Source: Hypanus sabinus (Eukaryota). From it: a stretch of 64,000 bases of DNA. A program made the position numbers and the translations under genes. The DNA lies in NCBI RefSeq assembly GCF_030144855.1, contig NC_082710.1, positions 171,864,001 through 171,928,000 on the forward strand, read 5' to 3'. This document shows positions 61,860-64,000 of the stretch, in pieces. A model generated the notes under the pieces. That model worked only from the letters and a program-made list of their open reading frames with translations. It had not been told where the DNA came from and made no database searches. The stretch's first letter is position 1. Each line of letters begins with the position of its first letter.

Positions 61860-63300
61860 TCTTACTGACAATCAATACCTCAACGATGCGTACGTAGCCC
61901 GCTACTCTATTCTCTCTGCACTCATGACTCTGCGACTAGACACAGCGCAAACACCATCTATAAATTCGCAATGACGCAACTACTGGTGGAATCTTTGACA
62001 GCGACGATGAGGTGAACAGAAGTGAGATACATCGGCTGATTCAGTAGTGCCACAACAACAACCTTGTAATTAACGTTAAGACCAATATATTAATTGTGAA
62101 CTTTGGGAAGGAAAAGTCGAGGGAATAAAAACCAGTGCATATCTGCATATCGAGGCGTCGGCAGTGGAAAGGTCGAGCAGTTTCAAATTCCTCGGTGTGA
62201 ACATTTCTGAAGATCTACATATGTGGACCCAACATATTAATAACATTACGAAGAAAGCATGCCTATAGTTATATTTCATTGGGAGTTTAATGAAATTTGA
62301 TATGTCACCGAACCATTTATAAAATATAACCATATAACAATTACAGCATGGAAGCAGACAAGCTCGGCCCTTCTAGTCCGTGCCGAACGCTTATTCTCAC
62401 CCAGTCCAATTGAGACGCACTCAGCCCATAACCCTCCATTCCTTTCCTGTCCATATACCTATCTCATTACATTAAATGACAATATTGAACCTGCCTCTAC
62501 CACTTCTACTGGAAGCTTGTTCGACATAGTACCACTCTTTGAGTAAAGAAATTTCCCCCTGTGTTACCCCTAAACTTTTGTCCCCTAACTCTCAACTCAT
62601 GTCCTCTTGCATGAATCTTCCCTACTCTTAATGGAAAAAGCCTATCAACGTCATCTCTATCTATCCCCCTCATAATTTTAAATACCTCTATCAAGTTCCC
62701 CCCTTAACCTTCTACGCTCAAAGAATAAAGACCTAATTTGTTCAACCTCTCCCTGTAACTTAGTTGCTGAAACCCAGGTAACATTCTAGTAAATCTCCTC
62801 TGTACTCTCTCTATTTTGTTGACATCTTTCCTATAATTCGGTGACCAGAACTGTACACAATACTCCAAATTTGGCCTTACCAATCAATGCCTTGTACAAT
62901 TTTAACATGACAGCCCAACTCCTATACTCAGTGCTCTCCAATTTTCTGCAGTTGTACTTTGGAGAGTGTTATAACTGTTTGCATCGCCGCTTGGTATTTT
63001 TCTGCATATGATCTCAAAAAATCTACAGCAGGTTGTAAGTTCAGCTAGCTCCATCATGGACTAACCTTCCCACCATTGAGAACATTTTCAAATAGCTAGG
63101 CATCAAAATGGCGGCTTCCATCATTAAGGACGCCTAGCAACCAGGTCACGCCCTGTTCTTATTATTACGATTGGAGGTACAAGAAACTGTAGAAACACAG
63201 TCCATGTTTTCAAAACATCTTAGCAACAGCTTCCGTCCCTCAGCCAGCAGATTTCGGAAATGACTATGAATTAACCCATGAACACTGCCTCACCAGTTCG
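61860..63300 (+). mobile_element. Decayed Rex1/Babar LINE split by a minus-strand CR1 3' end (62320-62935)
   Basis: AVERSSSFKFLGVNISEDL before the insert; ESVITVCIAAW and AASIIKD-type motifs after it. Confidence 0.75.
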
Positions 63301-63301
63301 G

Positions 63302-63508
63302 NNNNNNNNNNNNNNNNNNNNNNNNNNNNNNNNNNNNNNNNNNNNNNNNNNNNNNNNNNNNNNNNNNNNNNNNNNNNNNNNNNNNNNNNNNNNNNNNNNN
63401 NNNNNNNNNNNNNNNNNNNNNNNNNNNNNNNNNNNNNNNNNNNNNNNNNNNNNNNNNNNNNNNNNNNNNNNNNNNNNNNNNNNNNNNNNNNNNNNNNNNN
63501 NNNNNNNN
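63302..63508. other. Assembly gap (207 N)
   Basis: Run of N. Confidence 1.
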
Positions 63509-64000
63509 ATTTCATGCATTGTACCATACTGGTGCCGTAAAACAATACATTTTACTACATATGACAGTGTCAATAAACTTGATCCTGATTTTGATTTTTT
63601 CTCATAACTTTAGGTTAAGATTACGACTGGGTGAAATGCAAAGAATATTTTGTTGATGAGAAGCACTGTGGATCTTAGTGGGTTTCTTGAGAAACAACCG
63701 CGATGAAGCACTTCTGCTGATGTTGTCTTCAGCAGGAGAAACTACAAAACTTTTCACAATGTAGGAAATTTAACTTCGAAACAGAATTACCGTCCCAAAA
63801 TTATCCAACAGACTCAGAAAATTTCTCGTGTAACGGAGAACGGGAAGCGAAAACAGACCTGTACATACCAGCAAAAATCAACATCTTGTCTGACGATAAA
63901 CTCTGCTGAGATATTCATTGGTTAGCTAAATGAGGAAGTCCGAGATTAGTTGAAATTAGATGAAATTAGATGCTTCCCGCCAGTTATTGCCCTCTTTCTA

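Noticed and set aside
63264-63607. ORFs spanning X residues
   Set aside because: Artefacts of the N gap.

Overview
Vertebrate genomic DNA, very probably a cartilaginous fish (batoid-type CR1, Penelope, Rex1/Babar and tRNA-SINE repeats; species is inference). Most of the window is nested retroelement debris. One host gene can be assembled by hand on the minus strand from canonical GT-AG exons whose phases all fit: putative non-coding exon (~58190-58081), leader exon (CDS 49668-49626), VJ-type Ig exon (42455-42099), transmembrane exon (22892-22752), 32-nt micro-exon (18281-18250) and terminal exon (9797-9555). The 816-nt CDS gives a 271-aa type I receptor. Its ectodomain is NCR3/NKp30-like, but it has an uncharged TM helix and a tail with two canonical ITIMs plus a third related Tyr motif, so it looks like an inhibitory NKp30-family receptor. 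Other highlights: minimal hammerhead ribozyme motifs in Penelope tails, including a 401-nt double-hammerhead unit whose CR1 cargo matches a locus 42 kb away; three related solo LTRs, two with arrays of NFIL3/E4BP4-type sites; a 24-nt tandem duplication that appears to have shifted the V-exon acceptor; and an ETS+RUNX promoter candidate. No CRISPR, rRNA or true tRNA genes were seen. There is a 207-nt N gap at 63302-63508. Most repeat boundaries are approximate.
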